Virus record (IMG/VR): IMGVR_UViG_3300028394_000079
DNA length: 64,000 nucleotides
Reading direction: 5' to 3' (one strand)
From: an uncultured virus (IMG/VR IMGVR_UViG_3300028394_000079)
Taxonomy: Duplodnaviria; Heunggongvirae; Uroviricota; Caudoviricetes
Each line of letters starts with the position of its first letter. Within the stretch, counting starts at the first letter, position 1. Shown piece after piece: positions 48,701-56,909 of this stretch. The position numbers were made by a program, and so were the translations under genes. The notes under the pieces are model-generated. The model saw nothing but the letters and a program-made list of their open reading frames with translations, was not told the origin of the DNA and searched no databases.

Positions 48701-50674
48701 GTTTAGTTTCTCAGCATGAGTATTGGCTTGCTCCATGGTGTCCATAGAGCGAACCTTTTGGTCACCGCTCATGACATCATAAGATTCTGCCTGCTCTTCT
48801 TCTTGCCCAACTTCCTCCTGAATGTTGTATCCAGTAGGTGTGGTACGTGAGGGAACACTAACTTTCTTGTCTTCCGTGACAATACTTCCGTTCTTAGTTG
48901 CATCGTTAAGCAAGGCATTAACGGCAGAACCCTTTAGTCCTGTGGCCGTCTCTATGGCTGTTGTTGTTTCTTTAAACGTTAACTCATCCTTACCAACTTC
49001 ATCCATCTTGGCGTTTAAAGCATCTACAGCCTGTGTAACTTGTTCAGGTGTGTAGCGTGTAGCGTTAGTGCCTTCGGGTAGGGCTTGCTTAGTCTCAAAT
49101 GTAGGGAGCTTCTGTAGGGCTGTAACCGCAGAATGCAACTGGGGCTGAGACATCTGAGCAAGATCAGCGATGCCAGTTGATCTAGAAAGGAAGTCCCCAA
49201 ACCCGGGAGCGTTTACATCCACATTCTTTTCAGTAGCCAGCGCAGTTACCGCGTCAGGCGTGTAAACCTGATCTGTGTGACCGGTCTTCTGGGCGATCAA
49301 TGCGTTTAAAGCGGCAGTCTCTTTAGCTACATCTTTGCCCGGCAGGGCATCAACCACATCATCCAAACTGTACGCAGATAGCGTAGGCTTACCTGTTGCT
49401 GTCCGGTGCTCGTTTACATATGAGGTTAACTCAGGGCCAAGGTCAGCCTCTGTCAAAGCACCAATAGGGTTCTTAACAACCTCCATCTGCTTGGAGATTA
49501 CTGCCCGCTTTTCTTCAGCTAGTTTGGTGTCTTCAGCCCTGCGCTTCTCAAACTCTGCGTTCTTGACATCTTCAGGATTAATTGTGGGTTTACCACCAGA
49601 GATAGCACCTGCACCACCACCGATAAGGCCTGCGCCTAAAGCGGCTTGACCTAGGGTTTGTCCTAGTCCGGCAGTGAGACTTTGCTCTGGATTGACTTCA
49701 CGCAAGGCAAGGTTCTGGGTAACTTTACCGCCACCCTCTTCAACCATTTCCTCAGGGATATTCTTAAGAGCGCCAGCGATTGCACCTTTAATACGACCTG
49801 TACCAAGTCTTTCGCCTGCAAGGGCACGTTCTAGGGCTTGTGCACCGGGTAATTTCTGTGCCAAAAGGGAAATAGCCGCACCACTTACTCCGGAGGCTCT
49901 GGCAAGGTTTAAAGCCTCTGCCGAAGCCTGAGGCTCGGACATGCCTTTTTCCTTCATCAGGTACTGTTTGATCTCCTCAAAGCTACCTGAGCCGATGTCT
50001 GCGCCCTGTTGGGCGGCTCCAGTGCCAATAGCGGCGGCAGTACCACGAGCTATTTGGGATTTTTTAGCGGCATCTTCAGCTAAATCAACAATGGCTTTGG
50101 CGGCTTTTTCTTTAGCGGCATTACCGACTGCGGCCTTGGCGGCAGTCTGAGCGGCACGTAACTCTGCGGCGGCGGCAGGGCCAACACCGGGAATAGCGGC
50201 GGCAAGAATAGAAGGGATAGCCTGAGGAAGTTGCTCTGCGGCAAAACCGATACCCTGAGTTAAAGGGTTCTTAAGGACTTCACCAAACTGAGTGCCTAAG
50301 GCTGAAAGAACACCCTTTTTCTCGGCTTCTTCAACCTTACGGGCAGTTTCTGCTTCTTCAGATACAAGCTTTTCAGAAAGCTTCTTCTTGGCATAGTCCT
50401 GTAATTCTTGACCTAGGCCTTGCAGGCCAGTGGTTCCAAAGTCTTTCTCTTTGATAGCACCTGTAGTCAGGCCATAGATCTGACCGGGGAACTGAATTAA
50501 TGAGCCAATGCCTGAGGCAAACTTAGCCGCAGGGTCGGTAAAGGCTTCAGTAACTGTGCGCTCTTTAACGGGGCGTGACGTACCGCCTAGCTCTTTGGCT
50601 AATTTCTCTAGATTAACTGGTTCAATTTTGGTTGAAACACCGCCATACTGTTTTGCCAGTTCTTCTAGATCCAT
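39752..50674 (-). CDS. Large polyvalent (probably virion-injected) protein
   Basis: 3640 aa, following the ejection genes. HEALH zincin motif (~48050), HhH-like domain (~46400-47400), GNAT-like (~45600-45900), HDFYGH domain (~44800), two ART-like PLVMYH...QxKSATGN domains (~44000-44470, ~43000-43440), LPD38-like C-terminus. Confidence 0.85.
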   Translation of the reverse strand: MDLEELAKQYGGVSTKIEPVNLEKLAKELGGTSRPVKERTVTEAFTDPAAKFASGIGSLIQFPGQIYGLTTGAIKEKDFGTTGLQGLGQELQDYAKKKLSEKLVSEEAETARKVEEAEKKGVLSALGTQFGEVLKNPLTQGIGFAAEQLPQAIPSILAAAIPGVGPAAAAELRAAQTAAKAAVGNAAKEKAAKAIVDLAEDAAKKSQIARGTAAAIGTGAAQQGADIGSGSFEEIKQYLMKEKGMSEPQASAEALNLARASGVSGAAISLLAQKLPGAQALERALAGERLGTGRIKGAIAGALKNIPEEMVEEGGGKVTQNLALREVNPEQSLTAGLGQTLGQAALGAGLIGGGAGAISGGKPTINPEDVKNAEFEKRRAEDTKLAEEKRAVISKQMEVVKNPIGALTEADLGPELTSYVNEHRTATGKPTLSAYSLDDVVDALPGKDVAKETAALNALIAQKTGHTDQVYTPDAVTALATEKNVDVNAPGFGDFLSRSTGIADLAQMSQPQLHSAVTALQKLPTFETKQALPEGTNATRYTPEQVTQAVDALNAKMDEVGKDELTFKETTTAIETATGLKGSAVNALLNDATKNGSIVTEDKKVSVPSRTTPTGYNIQEEVGQEEEQAESYDVMSGDQKVRSMDTMEQANTHAEKLNSFAQGELKKTQEALKAQDAKITKSENELHKFELNGLVDTPAYKVAEEAHQAVLDEAMPVIANLKNQEEIYSRPVTVVPVGTKKVTPKTYRVTKGQVVKGTKATREEAEQSIFEDLSDKEIQELAKTKSPKLKARLNAEIARRSTAPAPAPRTPEQTQGLQAVQASLQSMLGRFGLQDVALKIVNAIEQGADGSYAAKVIQLAIDAQNPVRVMRHEALHALKELGFFTDSQWASLERQAKAEWVDKYLKNNQTKTSDGRVVSRYDAYVEMGLNEADILEEAIADAFGDFDANKAPPGMLTALLNKLRNFFSTLKSYLNGQGYESYKDIFGKIEKGELKPSKPAEANKEVKKSLTSFGAFYGDEKQPVYTPLSTRNFMEQDMTASQQDLGLNTKAKRGIFNNVRDIASALNQYTIDRFGQMDRSNLSEEQSTQLARAMADEVAFQLGTQATTGTGLGWYSNNYPKAVKRLASRFPELSDNKHARSVFSALVAVTSNGEKVNKNITNAITLYSKLRDGKPLIAMGNRRATALENNLKMIQDLLNLHGTKFEKVLLEEITVKEMNARLREMGEDTDGSYLKDTTVPAAAVYFGPKLGAFYANLSGSEGYLTMDLWWTRSVNRMRGLLIPQATEASINKFRDMMEMPSATRDEVIAATIPLRNKYEEYGYSTELEHLAKGKEPAKKDKKPAWFKKAKAKAGAAYDQLLFEHNLEKMANTIYKNEFEMLEEAPFTATDRKFMYDAGRKAQTMLRKDGINLTLADIQAALWYYEKRLYEKLSGRKADDIGYEEAIIAQSGKTTGRARPSVVFDTELNGRDESGGAVKNAEELRGKSDYGPKYSLREAVRSYRGRNESEPGTHTRESIEDGEGIRVLGVAPIARYRPTQGFKDIISDHGFESPVFYEISGDDAQTYADAIQASKDSTEYGAAVFVYPVEDYAKMRLFLTQDGKSGIALKKDDIVSVFSGKPHRGSANSSLQLAVQEGGRRLDAFATILPTLYHANGFKAVGRMTWNEEYIPDNWNKITFEDYNKGEPDVVYMSYDPDDSTTLLENPGPYYDDSDELVAAQVRAVKNYFEEGEGYGSRKQNQRTGKLKASAQELPDQRRVRRDIQLLDDETRAKYPYLEEPVEGLPAKVKVDGVEVTFGPYIPAREAAILYAEQMGIPYRQQASYHKLDKKFSTLLANTYASMLNRPLASEVKEAYQAWAKETIAQYEAMIKTGITIEFMPNNRDPYGNPRNAILDVLNNNHLYVFPADGGFGKDAITEKQIRINPALALTDIIISGRQARVVEVFRATHDFYGHVKEGFGFRAEGEENAFQSHVRMYSPLAARAMTAGTRGQNSDVNFGPNAEFNKTASGEDTIYADQKIGLMPEWATDSNIEPDVTSKPKLSLRTSFPTAEEAENAAYRKAPPTDNAFKRWFGKSIVKEEGRPLVMYHASRVDFNAFRENAPIFISPYAKEAEYFGRAHEDESVKSENKINVYPLWVRAENPFDFENSDNLDSLNFYLDSFFGRNPDLDVTALFDKVAQGDWDTIESPEIQEAIRGLGFDSFYVKENGKKNLAVFDANQVKSATGNTGEFGETKDMRFSLRQIDDFFNKADDIKEPEGVEIIRENWIGSVSGLGDRDSAYDLYRVQGGKQYMQNVQDLVRQSFGNEFKGYRLMHVEELEEIKAGAMGSQLASFTLRPDVAQSFANLATFRKIPKDQLTVVEMDLTPEHIVMIGHTGERELVVDYGQGYNPDAVVEYNPPKLSLRQAPDTPEFKRFFADSKVVDADGEPLVMYHGTPYDYVSKGDIAAFNTKDFGALLGKGSYFTSDPADAEAYAGKSGMQYGSKPNIIPAYISLQNPLIVDSVLDKIPKRQELKDAGYDGVLLRKKDGSVQWAVAFEPTQIKSATGNIGTYDPTNPDIRYSLRSFNSKELPQNKKEYTLPADTLLYHGAHEERAKEIETSGQVLVSRSPIKTSSGTLDEGGLVFFGGKNTATNYANAEADPMSVQAARNRGESRNPGVVFETATDRPYKLMNKNYVLTQKEADNLNEVLGIPDYKLLKKGDSADIAAYRAVTNSRTIDRYQTNKGEMAVAWPKIFDTLGYDGFYDNFAVALTADNGIRLVGEGGKMQKFSFPSIADQIAQTNNGANINQSILGTTTVREEEGFIERMMSAISPEARSKFRASAINRYNQMSVNDKKMAQAMGGIELLADSSAEFAALQSDTSAGVAAAVMGYGESKGGVPVYEKGYTTVSDLNGTVKGLTELLMPLAKRGDPYIYRAFQFYSGVRRGTRLEATSNGKYKEELFDTKDLKFADDLELLYPEFKQVHADWIKYNNGHVDYMVKTGVLTPEKGAIFKKYADYIPFYRQLEGEETFGPNIFQSLSNVKAPKKAKGSEAPLADFLETVVRNTQASVQSGMKNIAANRAIDQALFLGTAVQLPEVSSAPNTVTVLRNGIPVSYVVYDRLLFDSMQSLNLPEMPFLGILAGPANLLRSMVTKDPGFILANMMRDSLSAYATSGADITPMVDTIRNFGRVMANRSPEFYDLMNAGAIGGYDFSKDVATSGSQLAKDLRKKSKTQTDTEKALRPITSLWGFLEKGTEASDAATRIAVYKDTLARTGNEAEAIRQAMEVMNFNRKGSSAIIRIVTAAIPFLNARIQGLDVLYRAGMAPRPEGVSKTDYQKRVQKAFIIRGATMMALSSMYWFMMKDDDEYKKQEQEVKDNNWIIPGINRLIPIPFEVGVLFKVIPERILAYMFGSDTGEDLAKSMERALRSTFAVNYIPQVVLPLVEARTNYSYFTMRPIVGQGLEGVRPGLQVGPNTTQIAQTVGKAINESPILIDHLIQGYTGTMGMYLVSAIDAVFDSMSDVKKPSLRPDQYPINKRFAVNKEAKGSLSAYFELKDAVDETVRTMNVLKGTGQGDELSDFMEGKHRMFGLPNAQLLGARGLIKNMDAKIKPLLENAKKIRASDMDPDEKRDALSGINEALITMTSDIQEIKKGLSQ
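45310..45474 (-). CDS. Putative nested gene in the +1 frame of the polyvalent gene
   Basis: AAGGAG-6 nt-ATG; 54 aa, helical and charged: MDLENKIKELENSKPQRKNFQTNEEYEETYNYW... Confidence 0.55.
   Translation of the reverse strand: MDLENKIKELENSKPQRKNFQTNEEYEETYNYWMMRQGQSIRTLKNRLKDYQQK
46093..46362 (-). CDS. Putative nested gene in the +1 frame of the polyvalent gene
   Basis: GGAAGGA-6 nt-ATG; 89 aa ending DPIEDAMNLNPGLTREKALKMAKEFGF. Confidence 0.55.
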   Translation of the reverse strand: MTSDTKKQSSLSPERLLDEQDPVWSSIQNLTAGMNPEERSRTLRNFVGSLTTGQNTPSEKPYDPIEDAMNLNPGLTREKALKMAKEFGF

Positions 50675-52101
50675 TATTTTGCTCCACTAGCTAGTCTAAA
50701 CGCATCAGCCGCCGCTTGGGTTGGGAATGTGTGAACCATTCCTCCTGCCGTAACAGTATATCCTCCAGCGGTTGGAGTCGCACTAGGAGTTGCACTTGGA
50801 GTTGCGCCGGGAACGGCAGAAGGCAAGCCTTTTTCAGCTAGTGGGCCAATGTTGTACTTAGAATAATGCTTATTAATACCTTCAAGATCGGCGGCTTTCT
50901 CAGTTTTCCACGCTTCTTTTTCAGCTTTTTGATACTGGCGTGGATCATCTTTATATTTTGTATCGTGTTCTTTAATTGCTCTTTCGTATTGACCAAGCAA
51001 TGCGGCATCTGCTTGACCAGTTCTATTTCCATACACGCTTGCAATACCTTCTCTGATAGCATTTAAACGATCTGGGTCGGCTTTTTGGAGGGCATCTGCA
51101 ATTTGCAAAGCTGGGTTAATTTTCATAACGCCAACTTTGTCACGCTCAATAGCAAGCTTCTTAAGTTCAAGATCTTTCTCTTGAGCCAACTTAAGCTTTT
51201 CTTGATCTGTTCTAGCCACTTGGATAGCCGCATCGTACTTCTGCTTGATAGCGGCTTCAGCGGCAGTGTTACCTGTCTGGTACAGTTCTTTCTTATACTG
51301 ATAGCCAGTGTCAGACTTCCTCTGAGCCAGATCAATCATTTTGTCAGTCAAGGTGTTCTGTTCTGCTTCACGGGCTTTCTGCAATGCTCTTTGTTGCTGT
51401 GCACCATAAGAGCCAGCCGCCGCACTAGAGCGGGTACTAACTGGAGCATTGGCAACCTGCTCAAGATACTCCATCACTGCGTCATAGCCGGGTTTAGGAG
51501 GAGCAAGCTTCTCCTTACGTGCTTGGTTCTCAGCAATTAAGCGATCAATCTGCGTCGTGTCGGGAGCACCAACTTCAGCCCTTTGACGCTCAATAGCGGC
51601 TGTACGTTTAGCTTCCTCGTTTACACGCATCTGTTCACGAAGAATGTCGTCTGCGCTTCTTGTGTCTGGTGTTGGGCCACCCTCATCAAACGAGACTACC
51701 CCGCCATGGAAATAGGATTCGCCCACATTAGAGGTTAGGCTATCAATGCCCTGTTCCTCAGGTTGAGGTCTAGGTTGTGGAACTCCCATAGGAACAATAC
51801 CGGGTCTGCCATCTTTAGCCATTTGCTTCTGAGCCTCCTGAACCATACGAGCCTGTAAAGCCTGCTTGGCCTTGGCCTGAACATCTTCTGCAACTGTTGG
51901 CATGTTAGGAGGAGCGTTTAAAGCGGCCTGAATACCAGCACCCTGACGCATCTGGTTGATGTCGTTTAAAGCAAGAAGCTGGCGCAAATCCTGTGGGATT
52001 CCACCATGTTGTTTTTTATCTTGGTCAACTTTCTGAGCCAAGGGCGCAGGGTTGCCTTGATATGCTGAGGCAATCTGATTGACGGATGGAGGTGTAAACA
52101 T
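50674..52101 (-). CDS. Internal virion/ejection protein
   Basis: 475 aa, A/Q-rich coiled coil, FHGGVVSFDEGG. Confidence 0.6.
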   Translation of the reverse strand: MFTPPSVNQIASAYQGNPAPLAQKVDQDKKQHGGIPQDLRQLLALNDINQMRQGAGIQAALNAPPNMPTVAEDVQAKAKQALQARMVQEAQKQMAKDGRPGIVPMGVPQPRPQPEEQGIDSLTSNVGESYFHGGVVSFDEGGPTPDTRSADDILREQMRVNEEAKRTAAIERQRAEVGAPDTTQIDRLIAENQARKEKLAPPKPGYDAVMEYLEQVANAPVSTRSSAAAGSYGAQQQRALQKAREAEQNTLTDKMIDLAQRKSDTGYQYKKELYQTGNTAAEAAIKQKYDAAIQVARTDQEKLKLAQEKDLELKKLAIERDKVGVMKINPALQIADALQKADPDRLNAIREGIASVYGNRTGQADAALLGQYERAIKEHDTKYKDDPRQYQKAEKEAWKTEKAADLEGINKHYSKYNIGPLAEKGLPSAVPGATPSATPSATPTAGGYTVTAGGMVHTFPTQAAADAFRLASGAK

Positions 52102-52112
52102 TTAAATATCCT

Positions 52113-54941
52113 TCAGGCTAGGCCAAGATTCTTTAACAAAGCATTAACGGTGGAAGCACCTTGAGAAGCTTTAAGCAACGCAGAAGGCTCAATACCTTGA
52201 TAGCTCTGAGCCGCCAAAGGCAGGCCTTGCAATAAAGACTGTTGGTACTGAACCATCTTATAAGGATTGGCCCTAGCTTCTTCAAACTGTGCTTTGTCTG
52301 CGGCAATACCTTCAGACTCAATGCCACGTTGTTGACCGCCAGCGGTCAGTTGTGCGTTGAGGTTATTAATGTCGGCTTGGTTCTGTTGAACGCCCAAAGC
52401 GCCTTGAGCCGTGGCGGCTTGTAAGCCTGCCTGTAGACCCTGCAAACCGTAGCCTGCACCGTATTGAGCTTCTTGCATCTTACGGGTCTGATCAGCATTG
52501 AACTGCTGTTGTGCATTGTTAAACGCAGTGTTATAGCCCTGACCAGTGATATTAGCTAGGTTAGTGCCTAAGTTACGCTGTGTTTCGGCATCAAGGATAG
52601 CCTGACGGGAGCCTCCAAAAGCACCTGCCTGAGTCATCTTGGCGGCATTACCTTGTTGGGTAATCTGAGACTGACGGCGAGCTTCATCTAGTTGAGGATT
52701 CAAAGAAGCCTGCAAATAGGGGTTCATGTAATTCTGAGCCTGTGCCGCATCAAACGATGTGGTTGTAGGCGTGTACTTCAACCCTTGAGCCGCAGTACCA
52801 ATAGTTCCTGCGTTTGTAGCGGCAGTACCAATGCTAGACGGTGTTTGTAGATTGGAAGCATTGCTGAATGCTGAAGTCTGTAAAGGAGATTCACCCGCAG
52901 ACAACTGACCCATGTAAGCCTGATAAGGCATGTTAGCCAAGGCTTGGCCTTGACCAAGCATGTTGGTTACATATGGGCCTGCCCAGTTGGATAGGTTAGA
53001 TTCAACGCCTGCAAGACCTGCGCCGTAGTTAGCCGCAGGAGTTCCTGTGGAACCACCATTGTCAAAGTGCTTAACTGAGCCACCTGAAGCGTAAGCTTGA
53101 GCCAATCCACCGGGCATAAACTTATCAGGGTTGATACGTTTACCTTGTTTCTTTGTACCTGTACGTGCCATACGAATTTTGTCCATCATTTGATAAAGCT
53201 TCTTAGCTCCGGCATCAGAGTTGCCGTTACCCATATGGGAAACCACATCCGCAGGGATAACAAACTCACCATGGCTTAAAGCGGCGGGTTGGTCATTACC
53301 AATTTGGGCTGGAAGTTTATCTGCCATGCCATCTGTTTCACCTTGTAGATAACGACCTTTAGCCATACCACCCTCGGCAAATGCTTCGCTGTAAGGATCA
53401 TAAAATCCAACCTTATTAGAACCAAGAGCCGCATCATATGCGGCCTGAACATCAGCCACATTTGAACCTGTAGCTTGTGCTACTTCGGCTGGAGAATAAC
53501 CCAAAGCTTGCATGGTTTCAGCAATACCTCGTGTATTACCAGAGGCAAGTGCGGCTTGTGTTGAGGGGTCGGCAAAATACTGATAAATCTCGCTCATCTT
53601 GCCTGAGTTGTCAGGCGCAGTATTTTGAACCGCTGTAGGTGTTGATGCGGCTTGCACAACATCAGCCACTTTAGTAGGAGGAGGTGGTGTAGAAGTATCC
53701 GCTACATTAGTAGTGGGTAGATAGTTAACAGTAGCCGCCGCAGATGTAGGATTAGCGGTGTAATTTTGCGCCGTGGCAAATTTATTAGCGGCATTGATAT
53801 CACGTTGATCAAGTCCCGTAGCCGCTAATGCGGCGGCAACTTCAGCAGAAGAATGACCTGCGGCTTGGTAGTCCAAGATATTCTTGTACAACTGATCTAA
53901 GCCCATGTCATTAATGATTGCAGATTCTTTGCCAGCAGAGGCTGACAGGCCGTTTAAACCACGGGCAATATCCGCATCATTAACTCCTGCGGCTTTCATT
54001 GCATCTTGTATCTCTTTGTTTGTTGCATATGGGTGTTGAGAAACCCAATCAGCAATCTTGAAATTCAACTCTTGCAAACCTTGACCATGAGTCAAACCAT
54101 ACTTTGTGTAGTCTGAAAAGTTTGTGGTTCCTAAAGCCGTTTGCAAATCTTCTTGGCTTACGCCAAACTGGCTCATGGCGGCATCAACTTGCGCTTTACT
54201 TGCACGGGGATTATCAATAAGCCATTGATTAATATTGCCTAAATATTGGGCGGGAGTAAGTCCTGCCGCAATAGCGGCTTGGTATCCCTTAGAACCTAGG
54301 TTGGTAGGTGGTGGAGGCTTAACATCAAGTGGTAAAGGTGTTATTGTTTTGGGTAATGGGGGGGTTACTACTTTTGTGCCACCGGGAGTCACGGTTGTGC
54401 CACCGGGAGTTGTGCCGCCTGCAATAGTGGTTAAACCTCCGGAAGTTGTGTCGCCGGGAGTGGTTAAATTTGCACCAGCCGCAGAACCTGAAGTTCCTGA
54501 CAGATTGGCATAAGGAGCTTGACCCGGAGCAAGCGTGTAGGATACATCACCACCATAATCAATCCCACCTGCGCCGGGACGGTAGCCTTGTGCACGGGTA
54601 GGAGGAGCGGCAATCATTGAACGAGAAGCGGCTAATGTAGGAATAACGCCTTGGTAGCCTGTCTTCTTATCAGCGTTTGTACCGCCACCATAGACACTAG
54701 CCAACGCGCCTGCACCAGTTATAAATGCTTTGTTATCTGTTACAAACTTCTTTAGCCCTGCTATACCAGCAGATGGATCCATCACAGTTTGGTTTGTAAA
54801 AACATCACCGCGTGTAAACGGTGAATTGGGGCCGGTACTAGTGTTGGGGTTGGTATTTGGATCCGTATCTGCGCCGGGGAACGGTGCGGCTACTGTATAA
54901 CCACCGCCAGCATCTTCTACGTCATATGCATTTTCATCCAT
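52113..54941 (-). CDS. Internal virion/DNA transfer protein
   Basis: 942 aa; GDG..D...LSHGEFVIPADVV domain; YMNPY...GAFGGSRQ Q/G-rich C-terminus. Confidence 0.65.
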   Translation of the reverse strand: MDENAYDVEDAGGGYTVAAPFPGADTDPNTNPNTSTGPNSPFTRGDVFTNQTVMDPSAGIAGLKKFVTDNKAFITGAGALASVYGGGTNADKKTGYQGVIPTLAASRSMIAAPPTRAQGYRPGAGGIDYGGDVSYTLAPGQAPYANLSGTSGSAAGANLTTPGDTTSGGLTTIAGGTTPGGTTVTPGGTKVVTPPLPKTITPLPLDVKPPPPTNLGSKGYQAAIAAGLTPAQYLGNINQWLIDNPRASKAQVDAAMSQFGVSQEDLQTALGTTNFSDYTKYGLTHGQGLQELNFKIADWVSQHPYATNKEIQDAMKAAGVNDADIARGLNGLSASAGKESAIINDMGLDQLYKNILDYQAAGHSSAEVAAALAATGLDQRDINAANKFATAQNYTANPTSAAATVNYLPTTNVADTSTPPPPTKVADVVQAASTPTAVQNTAPDNSGKMSEIYQYFADPSTQAALASGNTRGIAETMQALGYSPAEVAQATGSNVADVQAAYDAALGSNKVGFYDPYSEAFAEGGMAKGRYLQGETDGMADKLPAQIGNDQPAALSHGEFVIPADVVSHMGNGNSDAGAKKLYQMMDKIRMARTGTKKQGKRINPDKFMPGGLAQAYASGGSVKHFDNGGSTGTPAANYGAGLAGVESNLSNWAGPYVTNMLGQGQALANMPYQAYMGQLSAGESPLQTSAFSNASNLQTPSSIGTAATNAGTIGTAAQGLKYTPTTTSFDAAQAQNYMNPYLQASLNPQLDEARRQSQITQQGNAAKMTQAGAFGGSRQAILDAETQRNLGTNLANITGQGYNTAFNNAQQQFNADQTRKMQEAQYGAGYGLQGLQAGLQAATAQGALGVQQNQADINNLNAQLTAGGQQRGIESEGIAADKAQFEEARANPYKMVQYQQSLLQGLPLAAQSYQGIEPSALLKASQGASTVNALLKNLGLA

Positions 54942-56568
54942 TTTGCTTCCTTAGTAAACGAGCAAGAGCATCCATATCCGTAGATGCTTGGTTTTTAGGT
55001 GCTCCAAGTGCTCTGAGCTTGTAAGCTGTATCACCGCCAAACAACTCTTCCATCAATTTTATATTGGCATACGGATCTTGGCTAGGCATTGGTGCGTTTA
55101 AACCAAGATTCATTAATGCCTGCTCTGTGGTTGTTGTTCCCGGCACAGTTGTTTTTGGCGTAACAGTTGCAGGAATAACCGTCTTGGTTGGAGTAACAGT
55201 TTTTGTGTCGCCCGGAACGGTAACAGTTTGCAAGATATCATTAAAATCAATATCTGGAAACAACTTGTCAATCTGATCGGAAGTTATCTCATCCGGAATG
55301 TCAGACTTAATATCTTTGGTTCTAAGGCTAGAAATATACGGCGCGGGACGATCACCTGTAATAACCACTTCATCAGGGTTATCTACTGGAACCACATTGC
55401 CCTTGGGTGTATCTGTGGTGGGAACCATAAAGTCGCCAAGGCCTGTAGGCCTATCGCCCGTTACAGTAACAGTGCCTTCATCTGCGGCAGTTTTTCCTTG
55501 GCCTTTAAGCAAAGTTTCAAGCTCCGCAGAACCTTGAATTTCACCCATATTGGCTTCAAGGAATTTAACTAAATCGCCTTGAGACATACCTTTAACATCT
55601 GCGGCTGGGTACATCTCATTAATTAAATCAACAATTCCTTGTGTTGACCCATCATCAGACGCTGGCTGGTTTAAAACTGCGTTTTCAATTTTGTTTAAAC
55701 GTGCGGTTTCTCGATTGGCATTACGTTCCGCCTGTTCGCTTGCGGTTAAACCGCTAAAGTCTGTTCCTTTAGCTAAACCTGTAATAGCGTCAAATATCTT
55801 TTTGTTATCTCCACTACCAAAAGCTTGCGCCGTGTTAACGCCTTTAAGTAAATCGTTAGTGGTAAATCCAGTATCACCAAGTTCAAAGTTGGTTGTCATG
55901 TAAGGAGAGGCAATATTTGCCGCTCCGGCTAGGGTGGGGTTTTGAGCAAAGTTAATTGCTTTGGTTATATCGCCTATCTTGGCATTTTCAAACGTTTTGC
56001 CTAAAGTATCAGCACCAAAAATATCTGCAAGTTTTGCAGAGCCTGCGCCCGATACACCACCAAGCAATGCGCCTTTAAGGATGTTGCTGTCATTTCCATA
56101 AGCGTTTAAACTGCCTGCCAAAGCTCCGCCAGCGGCTGATGCACCTGCACCTGTCAGGCCAAATAATGCATTTCCTAGCAAAGCATTACCGCCACCCATT
56201 GTCATGGCGGCCAGAGCTAAAGGCCCAAGATCCTTGATCATGGTCTTTAAAAAGTTATCATGATCCATCTTCTCACGTTTAACAACGTTGCCGTCTAAGT
56301 CGTAGGAAGTGATGTAATCGCCTTCTTGCTTGGCAAAGCCACCAAGTTTTTTGTCAGTGCTATAAATTGGAACGGGCTGATCACCGCCTTCTCCACCGCC
56401 TGCACCATCTTGATATCCAATAATTTCAGGCGCTTTATCCCAAGCAGTCCATCCTTGCCCATATTGAATAGGTTGGTAATCTACGGTGTCGCCCTGTTCA
56501 GATACGCCATGAACGGCTTCAGTAGCGCCTTTCTCGGCATACAGGGCTTTAAGTTCTTCTAAAGTCAT
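54934..56568 (-). CDS. Internal virion/ejection protein
   Basis: Gly/Ala-rich helices, T/P-rich tail; TAATG coupling. Confidence 0.55.
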   Translation of the reverse strand: MTLEELKALYAEKGATEAVHGVSEQGDTVDYQPIQYGQGWTAWDKAPEIIGYQDGAGGGEGGDQPVPIYSTDKKLGGFAKQEGDYITSYDLDGNVVKREKMDHDNFLKTMIKDLGPLALAAMTMGGGNALLGNALFGLTGAGASAAGGALAGSLNAYGNDSNILKGALLGGVSGAGSAKLADIFGADTLGKTFENAKIGDITKAINFAQNPTLAGAANIASPYMTTNFELGDTGFTTNDLLKGVNTAQAFGSGDNKKIFDAITGLAKGTDFSGLTASEQAERNANRETARLNKIENAVLNQPASDDGSTQGIVDLINEMYPAADVKGMSQGDLVKFLEANMGEIQGSAELETLLKGQGKTAADEGTVTVTGDRPTGLGDFMVPTTDTPKGNVVPVDNPDEVVITGDRPAPYISSLRTKDIKSDIPDEITSDQIDKLFPDIDFNDILQTVTVPGDTKTVTPTKTVIPATVTPKTTVPGTTTTEQALMNLGLNAPMPSQDPYANIKLMEELFGGDTAYKLRALGAPKNQASTDMDALARLLRKQNG

Positions 56569-56909
56569 TACCCGACCTTCCAATTCGTGCCGTCAGAGTA
56601 GACGGGCACTGCCACTGCCCCGCCAGTCGCAACGGTTGCCCCAAATACAGGAGCTAAAGCATCAGTAACAAAAGACCTTGCACCTTTACCTGAAGTGACT
56701 GCGCTAGGTAATGTTGCTACAGTGTAATTAGTTAACGGTGGGATGATTTCATCTGTCTTAAGCTGACCAAGAATAGCATCAACCCTATTAAAGTACAGGC
56801 GTAGTACGTTGTTTAGCTGATTGGTGTATTGCTGGTTGTACTCAAGCGGAGACAGTGGTAGGTTGGGCGAAGCAACCTGATTGATCTCAAACTCGGATAT
56901 AACAATCAT
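56568..56909 (-). CDS. Small tail protein
   Basis: PNLPLSP.EY...LRLYFN; C-terminal SDGTNW. Confidence 0.65.
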   Translation of the reverse strand: MIVISEFEINQVASPNLPLSPLEYNQQYTNQLNNVLRLYFNRVDAILGQLKTDEIIPPLTNYTVATLPSAVTSGKGARSFVTDALAPVFGATVATGGAVAVPVYSDGTNWKVG

